The notes beneath the pieces were generated by a model that was not told where the DNA came from, did no database searches, and was given only the letters and a program-made list of their open reading frames with translations. A stretch of DNA of 64,000 nucleotides from Phoronis australis (Eukaryota; Animalia; Phoronida). The stretch is from positions 748,908 to 812,907 of the forward strand of contig NMRA01000001.1 in NCBI GenBank assembly GCA_002633005.1, given 5' to 3'. How positions within the stretch are numbered: the stretch's first letter is position 1; each line of letters starts with the position of its first letter. Shown piece after piece: positions 12,301-25,400 of this stretch. The translations under genes and the position numbers were made by a program.

Positions 12301-14038
12301 AAATAAAAACGAATTGAAAAACCAGCAAACTGAGCAAATGTCCATTGTTTAAAGAACATGAGGATCCCGATCTATTTCAGCTGTCATTGCTTTTTTTAAA
12401 AAATCATGGTCCAGAACCAATTATGCCATTGCTTTGGCCTAATGACGAAATCACAAGGCGTAACTGCATGGCAGATGACAAAGCTGAATGGTCAATCTGC
12501 CTTTGTGGTACATCACAGAAATAATACCAAGTCAAGCATTGTTCATACTGTTGAACACTGACCATGTACTAAGTTCATATTTACCACAACAAAAAATGAA
12601 AGTGCTGCGGAGAGTGAACACTTGCGGGAAGTGAACAAAAAAGTATAATGAAGATGATTTATGATACTAAGGATATGCGAATTTTCATTAATAAAAATAA
12701 GTACTAACAAATATTACAAAAAACCCATGATTTTCAAAAAGGCTCAAGTTTTTTAAACACGGCTGTATGAAATGAGAATATATGTTCTGTAGGATATTAT
12801 CAAGTTTAATTCGTTAGTAAAAACTGTCCGTCAGCCAGCCAAAATGAAAAAATATCGACATGTGTGTGCAGGATTACAAGGCTCATTCATATTATAATCA
12901 AAGAACACTTGAACAAAAAATATCACATGAAGAATTCAGTCACACAAAAGCACAATGTAACACTGCACCTGGATTTTCCTTGTCTTAGCAAGCTCATTCC
13001 CTTTTGGGAGATCTGGGAATTTTGCCAAGTTGACGTCATTTATTAAGTCGTTCGATAAACTGGTCCTCCACTGACAGGGAGTTTGTGCTGAAGCGCATAT
13101 TAAGAACTGACAATATGCATTCCGTCAAAACTAGTTGAAGAGTTATAACACTAAAATATATTTCACCAACTTACACAAAACAAGTGCTAGTGACTGATAA
13201 AAAATGAGAAATTAATATGGACGAAAAAGAGAGAAGGGCTTTACAGAAAGTATACAAACATACCTGAAATGGCTGCCGATTTCACGATGCGTGTGGCTAA
13301 AGTGGACCGAGTTCAGAGTTCAGAATAGCGTAGTTATAGACTAGAGTAATTGAGGGTCGTGAAAAGGATTTGTACAGATAGCCAGATGTCTGAGGAATGC
13401 AACGATACCAAAATCATTCATTTAGACCTATATTTAGTGGATTTATTTGGAATAAGTTAGGGTCCATTATATCTGACTAGTGTCGAACCTTACCGGCTTA
13501 CAACGCATAGGGTGTTTTTTCCCCGTACCTCAAAGGGCAGACGTCCGAGCACAAACGCACTGGAGAGGGGAAGGGCCTATCTGATTCATATGCTTCAAAA
13601 GCAACCCCAGGACATTGTAGCCATTGAAAAAAAGCGAAGCGGAGTTTGATTTAGACAGTAAGATGGAATATGACGACTGGTGGTCATTGAAAACAAATTT
13701 TTTAAGGCCCGATATTGAATCTAATAAAGACATTGACTGCCTCCTAAGATGCCCCTCTATGCACAAAAGGGGAAAGGTAGTTATATCAACGTTATTTTGA
13801 CGTTTTAATTAGTGTGAAGTAGAATTCGCCTGAGTAAGGCCCAAGTAACTAGTAAGGCCTGGCTTAAAAGGGCAGTGCCAGAGTTATCACCTTCGTTATT
13901 TTTGTCCGATTGTCGAATTGAAGACGTAAAGTACTTCTCAACATTTGCTGAACCGTCATATTCAATATTACACGGGATAAGGTGGCAGGTAACTTCTTCA
14001 CTTCTTTCTATAGACGACAAATCTACAGATAACGACAT
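3392..14038 (-). CDS. RNASEH2C: Ribonuclease H2 subunit C, copy 1 (4 exons, 144 aa)
   Basis: Exons 14038-13891, 12083-12015, 9158-8998, 3448-3392; all GT-AG, phases 1/1/0 join in frame. Protein has HLIPCNIEYDGSANVEKYF, ASFRGRPLEG, LPRGYSGVVLRE, FTQFTSWNLDTTPSKNDKIQQAMDWVDIAHAIHSPV, the RNase H2C family signature. Confidence 0.93.
5520..5879. repeat. ~40-bp minisatellite (taaaataccccacatcacataaggggattaatatctagata)
   Basis: About 9 degenerate units. The array resumes at 8937-8980 after the transposons; only ~1.5 units at the paralogous site 23460-23510. Confidence 0.8.
5880..7510 (+). mobile_element. Degenerate THAP-encoding DNA transposon (Kolobok-like)
   Basis: 6073-6320 is a frameshifted THAP zinc finger: MPLYC...GISFFRLPREPELLRKWLAVV...KHLRVCGRHFVDSDF. 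Right end ctcct-TTAA is shared with 1-79; left end is degraded, with TTAA at 5876-5879. Confidence 0.65.
7515..8936. mobile_element. Non-autonomous TTAA-target element (Kolobok-like), 1.4 kb
   Basis: TTAA on both sides; 19-bp TIR ggttatttcaaaccttatt / aataaggttggaaatatcc; homologous to 14574-16000 and 29826-31237. Confidence 0.8.
9590..10068. mobile_element. Palindromic MITE family (also ~24120-24590, ~36500-36885, ~55045-55397)
   Basis: Shared internal blocks (ctaatcc.agc...cacttgatgacc, gagtc.gaactc) and similar ends (gagtac...aga...ccc) in four places; boundaries approximate. Confidence 0.5.
10101..10500. repeat. 129-bp tandem repeat x3 rich in TACTGTA/TACAGTA
   Basis: aacacacttcaaactgctgt recurs at 10101, 10230 and 10359; this explains the spurious ORF with a 43-aa period. 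Confidence 0.85.
11062..11795. mobile_element. PIF/Harbinger-type (Tourist-like) MITE, copy 1-specific
   Basis: TTA on both sides; ~28-bp TIR gggctgttccagcaaaatctgtatggga / tcccacacggattttactggaacagcac; absent at the paralogous site ~25580. Confidence 0.8.
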
Positions 14039-14327
14039 TTTTCACAACCACAACAAACTTTCTCGGGTGCCGAATCTTTCCCGCCACTTGTCAAAGGTAG
14101 AAACAACGAACTCTCTGATTCGTCAATTTCGTGAAAACTTTTCATTAACCAATCACGACGCTATTTATTATTGTTGGCTTGTAGTAATGGCCGCTTCCGT
14201 GACGTTGCTCCGACCATAGGCTATAGTCTATGCTCAGACTTATTTTTTCAGTTGATGTCGTCCTTTTTGCTCCCGTGATTTCGAAGACAAATGCTTATTT
14301 AATGTGAGAATTGGAAATATTTGGAAA
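14039..14327. promoter_or_regulatory. Bidirectional promoter RNASEH2C / SMIM26-like (copy 1)
   Basis: 289 bp between divergent ATGs. CCAAT box (aaccaatcac ~14147-14156) and a YY1/ETS/CRE-like string taatggccgcttccgtgacgt at ~14185-14205. Confidence 0.6.
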
Positions 14328-17300
14328 ATGCCAAAATATAGATATGTAGATCCAGCGAAGGGAGGCAAGTGGCTTGGAAGAGTTCACATGTTCTATTTCT
14401 TCTGTGCCTGGAATGCGTTTGCATTTGCTGCTTACGGATGGTACAAAAGCAGAAAAGCCAACCCTGCCACTGAGAATATGAGTAGCCGTAAGTATTTAAA
14501 AATGCGTCTGGGATCCTGTCGTAGCACTTTTGAATTTAAAGGGAACCCGGTGAAAGTCCTTGGAAGGCGTTAAGGATAAGCCTAGTTATCTCAAACTTAA
14601 GTAATGACATCCAATGGCTCCAATCCATTCTAACTCGTATATCAAAAAATTAAGCTTTGTGAACTAGTGAAAGTATATTTTTTCTGAAAGAAAAAAGTTC
14701 AGGAAATATGAAAGTATGTTTTATATTTATGTACCATTATTATTATTATGTTAACACCTTTTACAGTAATTTTTTTTCATTTTAAGAAAGGTTCATTCAT
14801 ACCAAAATAACCCCTCGGGTCGATTTTAATGAAACCTTTTTTAAATGAAAACTTCCCCAGTTACCTCAAAAATGCGGTCAGGAATTTTCGATTAATCTTT
14901 TCTTTGGGTTTCTGTGACAAATCAACTTGCAAAACGTAAGGTATTTTTGTAAAAAAACGGTAGTCGTATTCGTTTTTGTTACATCATGCAAAAACTAGGC
15001 CTATCAAGAATCCTAAAAGCGCTTTGAAATTGGTGAGTAAATTATATTGAGTTAGGAAAGTTTCAGCGAAATCCACCTAGCCGTTTTTTGAAAACTCATG
15101 TTCCTAAGTTCAAATTAATTCGTTTTGCCAAAGCCGAGAAAAAAACGATTAAGTTGGGACATGTAAAAATGTCAAGGTCGGCAGTTAATTATTCGTAGAA
15201 AACTTTTTTCTGTCATCATAGCCTGTACACTCCTTAACCGCATTGTCAACTGACTTTACAGTGCGCTATTAACTTAATTATCACAAGAACGTTGATTTCT
15301 AATGCATCCAGTTCAACTAGGTCAAGGTCGGAGCCAAAATATTAAGTGGGTCAAGCTGGTGCATTGTGGTCCACTTTAAAGTAGATCAACAGTTCATTGT
15401 TATACACACAACGCGCCGGGAAACTGATATGAAACCCAAGTGCGAAATGGATAACAGAAATCGGGTCGGTGGTTTAAGCACGTCATGTGCATGATATAAA
15501 AATGGCAAAATGTCAAATTACCTATCAAATTAAGGAATTTGGGTAAGGATTATCTCTTTTCACAACTTCCTGTGTTTGTGAACAAAAAGTTACAGAGGCA
15601 TGAGACAACTCCTAACATTTGTTCTTTATCAACGACCGTATGCATGCAGACACACAACTCCCTCAGGATCAAACTATGTTTTGTTTTTGTTTTCCCTGCG
15701 TCTTATTAATCATATGTATGCGTTGTTGAATCAATAATATGGCGACTCGGTGAATGAAAGGACTGAGGGTACATACGTAGTTGCTCTGTGCCTGACAGGA
15801 GATTCCATTTGAATGACAGCCCCGTACTAGTAAGCTTTGACTTCGAATAAGTAGTTTTGCACTTCAAGGGTGATTTTGCTAAATACATGATATGTATTTC
15901 GTATTTGAAATTCCCCAAGAATGAAGATAAGGTATTTTGCTAGATTTATGTGACATGTTGTAGAAATGGCCAATTTTTGTGAATTATGTTTGAGTTATCC
16001 ATAAACAAGTGCATCCCCTTTGGGCTAAGACCACGTCTCACCACGGTCATAGACTATATTCAGTAAAGGTACTTCCACTGCCTCCTATTCAGCGCATTGA
16101 AATCAACCAGAAGTTATTCAAGTTACTCAATCTCGTCACTGTGTAACTTAATTGTCATTCAAAGCTTTTTTATAACATAATATTTTGTTTGAGAGGTTCT
16201 AAAAAAGATCGAGAAAAGCTCCTATGTTCGGATGTTTGTGATAACACATAAATTTGCTATTATGCCGCAATTTGGACCCAGAAATAGAAATGCATAGGCA
16301 CATCACATTTTCGAAAATTTTGTGGGTCTTGGATTGTTTTTCCAATTCAGGTATTATGATGGAGGCAATTTAGCACTTGAAGTTGTTTGTTTGGATTAAT
16401 TTCTGTGGTCCAGGGATGTTGAGAAGGATTAAGATTGACATGGTCCATAGCTCCGTAATAATTGCTTACTGTAGTAATTTACAGCCCTACGTAAATCTGG
16501 CCTAATTATTGTTCTTTTTAATTTTGGCATTTTTAGCTCTGTACAGGGTTTTAATGATTTTGTAGGTCAATTTACACTAGAGTGCATCAGTACAAAACTG
16601 TTAAAGATGCTACGTTTCATTGAAACAGTGAATATTCAGATTTGTATCTAGCGCCACCTAGTGAGTTGCTGAAGAATTGCGTGTACAAGTGTAATCAGGA
16701 AAACAAACAATTTGTAAGTAAATGGCAGCTTTCAAGAAAACACTACAACTGATACACTTAAAAACAAGTGTTAACATAATGTAAAAAACCTAATAATTCA
16801 AATAGTATGCAATCAATATTTGATAATGAAATAAACAAATAATAAAATATGTGCCTTAGGTTAACAATGAAATATGACCATACTCTTTTACATAAAAATA
16901 GTCTCACAAATGGAGACTTTCGCGAGATTGTATTATGGTAACTAGTTGTCGAATGGTTTCCAGCACACCGGAAGACCCGAAGTTGTTTGTAAACTAGCAC
17001 TTCATTTGCATATTCGCAATTTAATGAGACATAGCATCTTTAGTTCGGTTCCAGTTTTCACCATCAGTTCTAGATTTTTACGACTCTGGTCAAAAGACAT
17101 GCATAAAAAGTAACAAATTAGCAAGTTTGTCTGTTGTTTTGCAACTTATAATAACGGAAAGTTGAATTTTTTGTTTCATTCAACCCATTCTTCTGAAAAT
17201 GTCAGAATTTAAAATATGTTTGAAAGGAAATATTTTTTATTACCAATCATATTAAATGAAGCATTGCTGCAAAATCCTCTTTTGAGTGCATTTTTTTATA

Positions 17301-17595
17301 TTGCTTAGAATTCAACGTCAAGCAATCTGAATGTAATATGCTTGCAGTTCTGGGTAATTACAGATACCAGTTACAGTCCTTGTCATGACCCTATGTTTGT
17401 TTGTGTTATGATGCATCTTGTTTTGTCGTTTCAGTTCAAAAGTACATGTATTACCTGAACACCAAAGCTGATAATATAAAGGTAATTAAGGTATCGGGAC
17501 TGGCCAAAGTGGACAGTAAGACTGTGACTAGGGAGGAAATGCTAGGTCTTGAACAACAAGTAGATGGCGCTGATCAAAGGTCAGGCTCTTTGTGA
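14328..17595 (+). CDS. Small single-pass membrane protein, SMIM26-like, copy 1 (2 exons, 106 aa)
   Basis: Exons 14328-14487 (donor gtaagt) and 17435-17595 (acceptor tttcag) join in frame: MPKYRYVDPAKGGKWLGRVHMFYFFCAWNAFAFAAYGWYK...GADQRSGSL. One hydrophobic segment; its W-x2-R-x4-Y-x4-W-x7-Y spacing matches human SMIM26 as I recall it. Confidence 0.75.
14574..16000. mobile_element. Same Kolobok-like family, in the SMIM26-like copy 1 intron
   Basis: TTAA-ggataa ... ttatcc-ATAA; long colinear similarity to 7515-8936. Confidence 0.75.
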
Positions 17596-17728
17596 TTTGA
17601 AGTTGTTAACCTTAATCATGAAACGCTTTGAAAAGGATTTGTGTGATTGCTTGGAAAGGGACTAACTAAACTGGACTGGCAAAAGTGTACAGTACTAAAC
17701 TGGACTGGCAAAAGTGTACAGTACTAAT

Positions 17729-17768
<40 letters not shown>

Positions 17769-17769
17769 C
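17729..17769. repeat. (CA)n microsatellite at the duplication junction
   Basis: About 20 CA units starting 6 bp after homology with copy 2 ends (17723 vs 32949); preceded by a 29-bp tandem duplication present in both copies. Confidence 0.9.
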
Positions 17770-18421
17770 TTACCAGTTTAAAGAGATGACAGTAAATGAT
17801 GAATATACTGAAAAACTGAAAAAGGAAGTGGGAGTGTTCTATTAATCTTGTAGGATGGAATTAGGATCGAAACAAAGGTCGGAACTGGTCATAACCGGTC
17901 ACATCGACACGCTATGTAGTATTACTCATAGAATACTTCATTTTTTGGTTAAATCTATAGATTTTGGCCGCTCTACGTTGCTACTTTTTGGTAGATACAC
18001 CATAAAATTTGATGACCTTGCGAAAAGTATCTTCCTTTTGGGGACACTTTTACTTGAAACTTTTCAAGGAAACAGAAAGAAATATTGTGCTTAGGAATGT
18101 TCTAAGCAAACATGGAATCGAAAGCTTGTATTGATAACTGGCCTGAAATGAAGTTCTAGAAGCAACAATGAAATGAAAAGCATGCAGTCAAAACTGACCT
18201 TAAATTTTTACTAATAACTTACTTGTGTCGCCCCACAAATGCACCTCAATAGCAAAGGTCGGAGCGCATCAGAATCCATCATAAGTGGATGATAAATGCA
18301 ATGACAAAGCTCAATGACAAAATCAAGCTTACGTTAAACTCATGTTTTGTGACTGTAGTAGTTGGAGAGACGGCAGAATATGTCTCCTTTATGTTTCACT
18401 CCTCATCCGTCGCATTTGCAG

Positions 18422-19293
18422 TCACTGTGTCCATTCCCCTTGCAAGAGCTGCAGACAGAGATGAAAAGGTTCCCTAAAGCTAACAAGTTCATCTGGAGTC
18501 AAGAGGAACACCAGAATTATGGACCGTGGTCGTTTGTGAACCCGCGATTTGAAAACTTGCTGGGATGCAAAGTAAGTGTCTATTTTGTAAATGTCAAAAA
18601 AAAATGTGATGGTGTCAACTTCAAAGTAAGCTAAAATAAGTCACAATGAAGTGAAATGACACCCGTGAGTAACTTGCCTTATTTTGACATGTATTTTTAT
18701 TCCAAACTTTCTATTTCTCTAAATGCAGGCAGTCATGTAAATGCGGCACAGGTTTTTAACAGCTCAGGGACCGTTCCAAGAAAACTGACTTTGCTAAGAC
18801 AAATCTTACATTTCAATCAGTTTTAAGATTAACTTTTTATAAATTTGCCTCAAACCCATTTCAAGAAAGAGATCATAAGTTTGACTTTAGTTCTTGACTT
18901 AAGTTTTGTATTATCTTTGACTGTCTTACTGGATTCAGAAGTTTCAAAGTTTGGAAGTTGAGACAAATCCTGAACTTAACATGTTAGTATCTTGGAACGG
19001 GCCCCAAGTAGGTAATTACTTTGAGACTTGATTGATTGATTACCTTTACAAAATGTGTAGCGATAAATGCCAGCCTTAGCATCCTGCTAAGAACACTGAT
19101 GAAATGACAATTTTGTTTGCAGGGTGGTTTTGTTTTTTGGTGGTGATTGTGGATGACAACTTATCTTTGACATTGATGATTTTTTCAGCTGAATTATGTC
19201 GGACGCCGAGTTCTTGGTATGCCTGCAGTTGGAGTTGGACAAGTTCACCAACAGGAGGCATCAGATGTTGTGGCTAAGCCATTCGTATCGTGA
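18422..19293 (+). pseudogene. DHTKD1: 3'-terminal fragment (last two coding exons) of 2-oxoadipate dehydrogenase E1, DHTKD1-like
   Basis: Exon 18422-18571 reads [50 protein letters not shown]; exon 19189-19293 reads LNYVGRRVLGMPAVGVGQVHQQEASDVVAKPFVS*. WSQEE..N.G.W and PAVG.G.VH are C-terminal OGDH/DHTKD1 motifs. Splice sites intact; no upstream exon recognised between 17770 and 18421. Confidence 0.85.
18766..19006. mobile_element. MITE in the DHTKD1 intron
   Basis: TIR gggaccgttccaagaaaactgac / gttagtatcttggaacgggcccc. Confidence 0.6.
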
Positions 19294-22200
19294 TTAATCT
19301 AATGATAACTACAGTAAAACTTCCCAATTGAGGTAGCAGTATTATAGATATGTTTATGTTTCCAAATCTTTTTGCATAAGTTTAGTAGCACAAAATGAAT
19401 GATTTATATACTCTAACTAGTCGGATAATGTTTAATAAGTTGTTGGCATTCTATACAGTGCCACACATTGTTTGTCAAAATACTCGTCAATCTGTCAGTT
19501 ATATAAAATAGACTTGTTTTGTTCATCGTATTGGGACCACAATTCAAAGCGATTTACACTTCTCATTTTATCTCAGATTTTGCTTCACATGATTTGCCAA
19601 GTCGATGATGAAGAAATGTAATTTCATTCATCCACGAAATGTTGTGACTTATTGCAAGCCATTTGAACATGCCACTGGACAGCAGCAATATTTGACGGCA
19701 TGGTGGCCACAGATATATTTGGAGGACTTAAAATTACGCTAAATATGCAGCCTCGTCACATGTGGGTTGGTGTCAATGAATGTTTGTCAAACAAAAAGTT
19801 GTTGCCATCTAGCAGTGCCCAAGAAAATGTTAGTGTTTAGGTTAATGGTGTTTGGAAAAATGATATTGTGGCCAGTGATTCTCTCTCACATGTAGATTAG
19901 ACATTGTCAAACAGCGAGTGTTTATTGTTTCTTGAGCTGCACAAAGGTGGCGTGTTACTAGTTGTCTACCATCAGGATCTAGAGTCGAGCCTGCGCAGTG
20001 TACTTTTTATGTCTTTACTTATATTGGCAATTTATCGTGGTCTGAACCTTTCGTGATATTCACTTCTTGATCATGGTCAATTTACAAAATTTTGTTTCTC
20101 TGTGTATTGCCATTGTGGAAATGACAGAGCATTTCCGTAGATTAAATTAACATGTCCTGTTGGTTAGTTTGCATTTTGCATTCAAGTCTCACATTTGAAA
20201 CACGCACCAATTTGGTAATCTCAGTAATGTAATAATTTTAACTCACTTTCATTACTCGTTGTTGCACAATGTTGAAATTGGGAGTTGAACTTTTTATTTT
20301 TACAGTTCACTATAATTTATATTATTGCCAGTGAATCAATTTAGGTATATTTGTAGTCTTGTACTAGGCATTTTTTGCATCATGAAATATGTATACAAAG
20401 CAGCTTTACTTTGCTGTATTAAGCGCGGCTTTAGTAATGTGACCATAACCTCGGGACATCCCATTTCTCAATGTGATGTCATTTTGATTTGATTGCGTAA
20501 TGCTACAAAACTCTAGTTGTGAAAATAGACAAGTCATGGTTATGTAGGACCTTAGAAATGTGTTCCATTTTTGTCAACTTCAGACCATCTCATCTCAGAA
20601 ATCCTGATTGTATTGTCATTAAACTTTCAGAAAAATGTTTCATTTTGCGTGAGAGGCTATCAAAAATAAATAGGATTTATATGACTTCTATGAATTTTTT
20701 ATATTTGCAAAAAAACGAAATCGAAACAATAATTTAGAAAACTGTAACAGCATTTTTGAGTTTTTATCTTGAACATTACGTAATTTGGTCAATGTTATTG
20801 ATCCTGTTGTTTTGCTAAGAATGTGCATTTCTTTTTTGCTAAACTTTCCTAAAAAGCAAGATCATCCATGACCTAATGAGTGGCAGGTTGGTATGAAGTC
20901 AAAAATAAAATTCTACGAAATTTCTAATTTCAGACAATACATTCTTTTGTTGAGTTAAATTCTCTAGTTTCGTAGGTATTCGGCTAAATGTACAGACCCG
21001 TCGAAAAGATCCTACATAACTTCGCCACTTCTCGTTTTCTAGCATGGTTTTACTGTGATCGGAATGGAGTTCAGGTTTAATTCTCGCTTCATGAACCATT
21101 TCATCAGTCTTTAAAGAGGTCCTCGTTTTACCCACTGAAGCAGTGCTCAATATAGCTTTAAGGTGACAAGTTGCCTGTGTTCACTTTGCTGAAGCCAGCG
21201 CATGCTAATTTTATATGCTCATTTTGAGAAATGTTTTAATATATTGTCTCGGCTTATTAGGTGATCAAGAGGAAGTAAAGGACTTAATGATTAAGTACCA
21301 GGTGTTTTAACGGATCTACGAGTCAACAAGTGGCCAGTGCCACTTCTAGAGGTATCTGTATTTTTACTGATTGATACGTCTTACCCGATGGTTGCTATGT
21401 TGTATTGCGTTTATACAAGTAGTCATATGGCGCACATGTAATCTTGACTATGGCAATGTTAATGTCTGTATTTTTACATTTAGGGGTCCGGTATACTTTT
21501 AAGACCAAATGCTGTGCCATTTGCAAAACGCAGCTCAATTCATTTTGAAATTTCTTACATTATTATAACCGAGGTTTGTACTGTGGTATGACAACTCACT
21601 TCTGGTGTCAAACAGTTGAAGAAGTATACTCATCCTTTCTGTTGAAGTACACGGAGAAACAACTGTTATGGTGTCTTTCGTCCTTGAATAAAATTTTGAA
21701 CGCAGGCAGTCGTTTCACGTTTTGATAACTTAAAAGGTTAAAAAATTTGTAATTGTAATTCTTCATGGATTTAGCACACAATATGGCAGAAACTAACAGC
21801 TGATCTGAGATGAACAAATGTATCAAAAAGACTGCTACAACCTATCGTAGTAATGTTGCTTTTATTTTTCACATAGTTCTCAAAAAGCGTCCATTCAGCC
21901 AGTTACCACACAATATGTTTCGCCAAGTCCCGAACCACTGTGGGTGAATGGCAAGGAGTTCAAGCTCTGGACAATTGTTGGTTGGGTTTTGAGCACTATT
22001 TCTGAAAGAGGCAGTGTTCAGCAACCCCATTCACGAACCAATACTTAAACATTTCAAACGAAAATTTCCTCAAATTAGGCACCAAAGTCACAGGAAAACT
22101 TTATAGGACTTGTAAGATCATGTACAAGAATGCACCACTCACATACTGAATATCACGAATTTCGTGTTTAAGAAGCAGATCCAAGGTGATCTCGTGCGAA

Positions 22201-22487
22201 TCTAGTCGTGTTTCATCAATCATTTTACACACAGAGAGATCCACTTTAGCCCAATAAAGAGGTACAGTTCAATTTTTTTAGGAAGCGCGGGATAAATATG
22301 TGAAACAGACCAGCTTCACTCAATGAACTCGACGGTTGTCTTGCTAATTTCCAAGTTCATAATCCTCATCTGCTGCACATGATGTCAGAGCATACTGTCC
22401 AACGGCAGACTATCTCGCTTCAGCATGCAGTGTTGAGCACTAACTGTCAATCTTGCATTGCATTTTTCTGTGGTTAGTTGGACTCCA

Positions 22488-25400
22488 TTACTTGTCAACC
22501 ACACTTTGCTGACTATTGTCTAAATCTTCTACAGGTGAATGAATCTGAAAACAAATGACAAATCCATGACTGGTATATGCAGTGACAAACAATATTTTGA
22601 ATGGAAGTGTTCAATGAGTGTAATAAAGCCTATAGTAACGCTCATATGTTGAAGTTTTATGCACACTGAGTGGTTTTTCCAAGCAATGTCAAGAAAATTA
22701 GCTCCGTATATAAGCATTACATGCACATACCGGGTGGATCAAAGACGGACCTATTTTGTGTTTCATCTTATATTTGTGTTGTACAGCACTTTCCCATATT
22801 CTTCAGGGGGCGTAGGCAGCAGATTTAGGAATGTTTCTTGACATTAATATCATATAGTAAACTAAGCAAAAAATGAATAAAATCTCTGAGGTCAACTTTT
22901 CCAAAAAATTGGTGCTTCTGACGCTGACAATCGAGGTGAGAATAATATTGAATACCTTACAGGACAACTGAATGTTTGGTGGTCAATTCTCGGGATACTG
23001 AAGTGCTGGAAATACTAATTGGAGGTACATTCACAGCACCTGACCTTTTCAGTCAGAAATTCCCCACCTCACCCCGAGATTATTGCTGGACACCCTTCCT
23101 ATTCACATCTAACAAGTCAGGGTAGTTATTCAATCCTGACTTAAATCCTGGCAAGATGCGAGTTTGTTGTTCAGCCTGATTAAAATAGCAAAAAAGTCTC
23201 TGAAAATTTTGTATATTGTTGAAGGTCTATCTGGAGAACTCTTGTGACTGATGACCTCAATTTGCCAATATTTTGTGAGGGCGTGTTGAGATTTTCTCGG
23301 AGTCTCCTCAAGCCAAGACAGGAGCGGATATTATGCTAAGCATCAAGCCCTGAGAAGACTGGCAGGCAAAGATGTAGAGTCTTGGCACTGAGGATTTGTC
23401 AGTTTCAGACGTTGCCAACAGAACCAATCTTAACACTCCAACATTACAGATTCATATCTTGATACTAAAATACCCCCACATCACATAAGGGGATCAATAT
23501 CTAGATACATCTTGTCAATACTTACTGCATGGGCTATATCAACCCAGTCCATTGCCTGCTGGATTTTATCATTTTTACTAGGTGTGGTATCCAGATTCCA
23601 GCTGGTGAACTGCGTAAATTTGTGCGTAACATTTAACTGTCGATCCTCATCTTCGTACGATTTCCCAGTCTCTCGCAAAACCACACCTGGAAGGTAGCAT
23701 AAATTAGCGCACAACAAAATCATTCGCTATGAGGATGGATTCAATATCGAGGCATTATGATGACAATCTGGAATACATTTTAAGGTCAAATCTTACCTCT
23801 GCCAGGTAAGACCAATTAATTAGATTTTGTGATAATATAGCAGTTTAAACAAAAAACGAGTCATTCAATTACATCAAAATCTTCCATCTTTGATGGTAAA
23901 ATCTCAGCAACTTAGGATAGAATATGGTAGACAAGTAAAATCGTATTTTCTCACTAAATTCTATAAAAGATGCTTAGTGCAAAATTAACACAGTGACTTT
24001 TTTCTGTGTTCAAGCTCTGTACCATAGCTACCCCAATAAGCTATATTTAGAAAAACTGTGCTTATTCACAATATTGGAAGTCCTTAAAAAATGAAACACA
24101 CATTTCTGGTAATTAATTTGGTGAGATTTTACCATTGATACTAGAAATCATTTTGACATTTTCCATTCTGCTTTTGTGCAAACTCAAGATAAGTGTCTAT
24201 TATACTCTGCTTGAGTACATTACGGTTTAGTTATGCATTTCTAGTCCAAGCTCTCACTTGATGGCCTGTAGACTCGAGCTATAAACTTGAGTAAAAGCTC
24301 AAGATTCCAAGTACAATATGGTTTAAGAGGATGATTATCTAATCCTAGCTTGCACTTGATGACCGGAGCATTAAAGCAATTTTCGAGTCCGAACTCAAAA
24401 TCTAAAGTCTGTACTTTGAATCTAGAAGTCATTAAGATCAAACTTCAACTAAAAACTCATCTCCGAAAACCAAAATGCATACAAACACAGAATAATAAAC
24501 ACTTTTCTATCTAGAGTTCACTTCACACTAAAGTGGAGTGCAAAATGTGAAAAACAATTTTGAGTACGGAGATTAGACTCCGGCCCGTGATACTGAAAAA
24601 GAAACAAGTAAGCAGTATGAACACACTTCAAACTGCTGTAGAATGTACACTGTACTGTACAGTATACTATCGTATAGTTCCACAGTGCAACGTACTGTAG
24701 TAAGGTACTGTACTATATAGTACAGTCCATAGTACAACACTATACAGTAACACACTTCAAACTGCTGTGGCATGTACACTGTACTGTACAGTTTACTATA
24801 GTATAGTCCCACAATGCACCGTACTGTAGTGCAGTACTGTACTATATGGTACAGTCCATAGTACAACACTATACAGTAACACACTTCAAACTGCTGTGGA
24901 ATGTACACTGTACTGTGCAGTATACTATAGTATAGTCCCACAGTGCACCGTACTGTAGTACAGTACTGCACAATATAGGACATTACTATAGCACAGTACT
25001 ATGCAGTACCATACAGTACAGAACAGTTAGATCAGCAAAGACTACGGAAATCTCCCATCCATTTTTCAAAGACAGACTTCATTTTCAAGTTGCGCAGAAT
25101 TTTATTAATTTGTTCAGCACAAATTGCTTATAATAGGATCCATTTTCTTTCAGCAATAATTCATGTCAGAAATTTTGAAGAAAAATTTACTATCATGTGT
25201 CCGCCAAATTGTGTGGAGAACTGAGGAGAATCGGAACACCAGCCATGAATCTGACTCTCTGATAGGAGTCAGACCTGACGTCCTGGATAAACTGAAGAGA
25301 AGTTGCCATTAGTACATTTCAATTGTTAGACATTGAGAGTTTAACATTGGATTGAAACGATAGCGATACAAAGCTCAACAGGGTCAGGTATATGATTATT

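Noticed and set aside
13875-14219. 114-aa + strand ORF conserved in both copies (28296-28613)
   Set aside because: Antisense shadow of RNASEH2C exon 1 plus promoter, with a non-ATG start; conservation is explained by the duplication.
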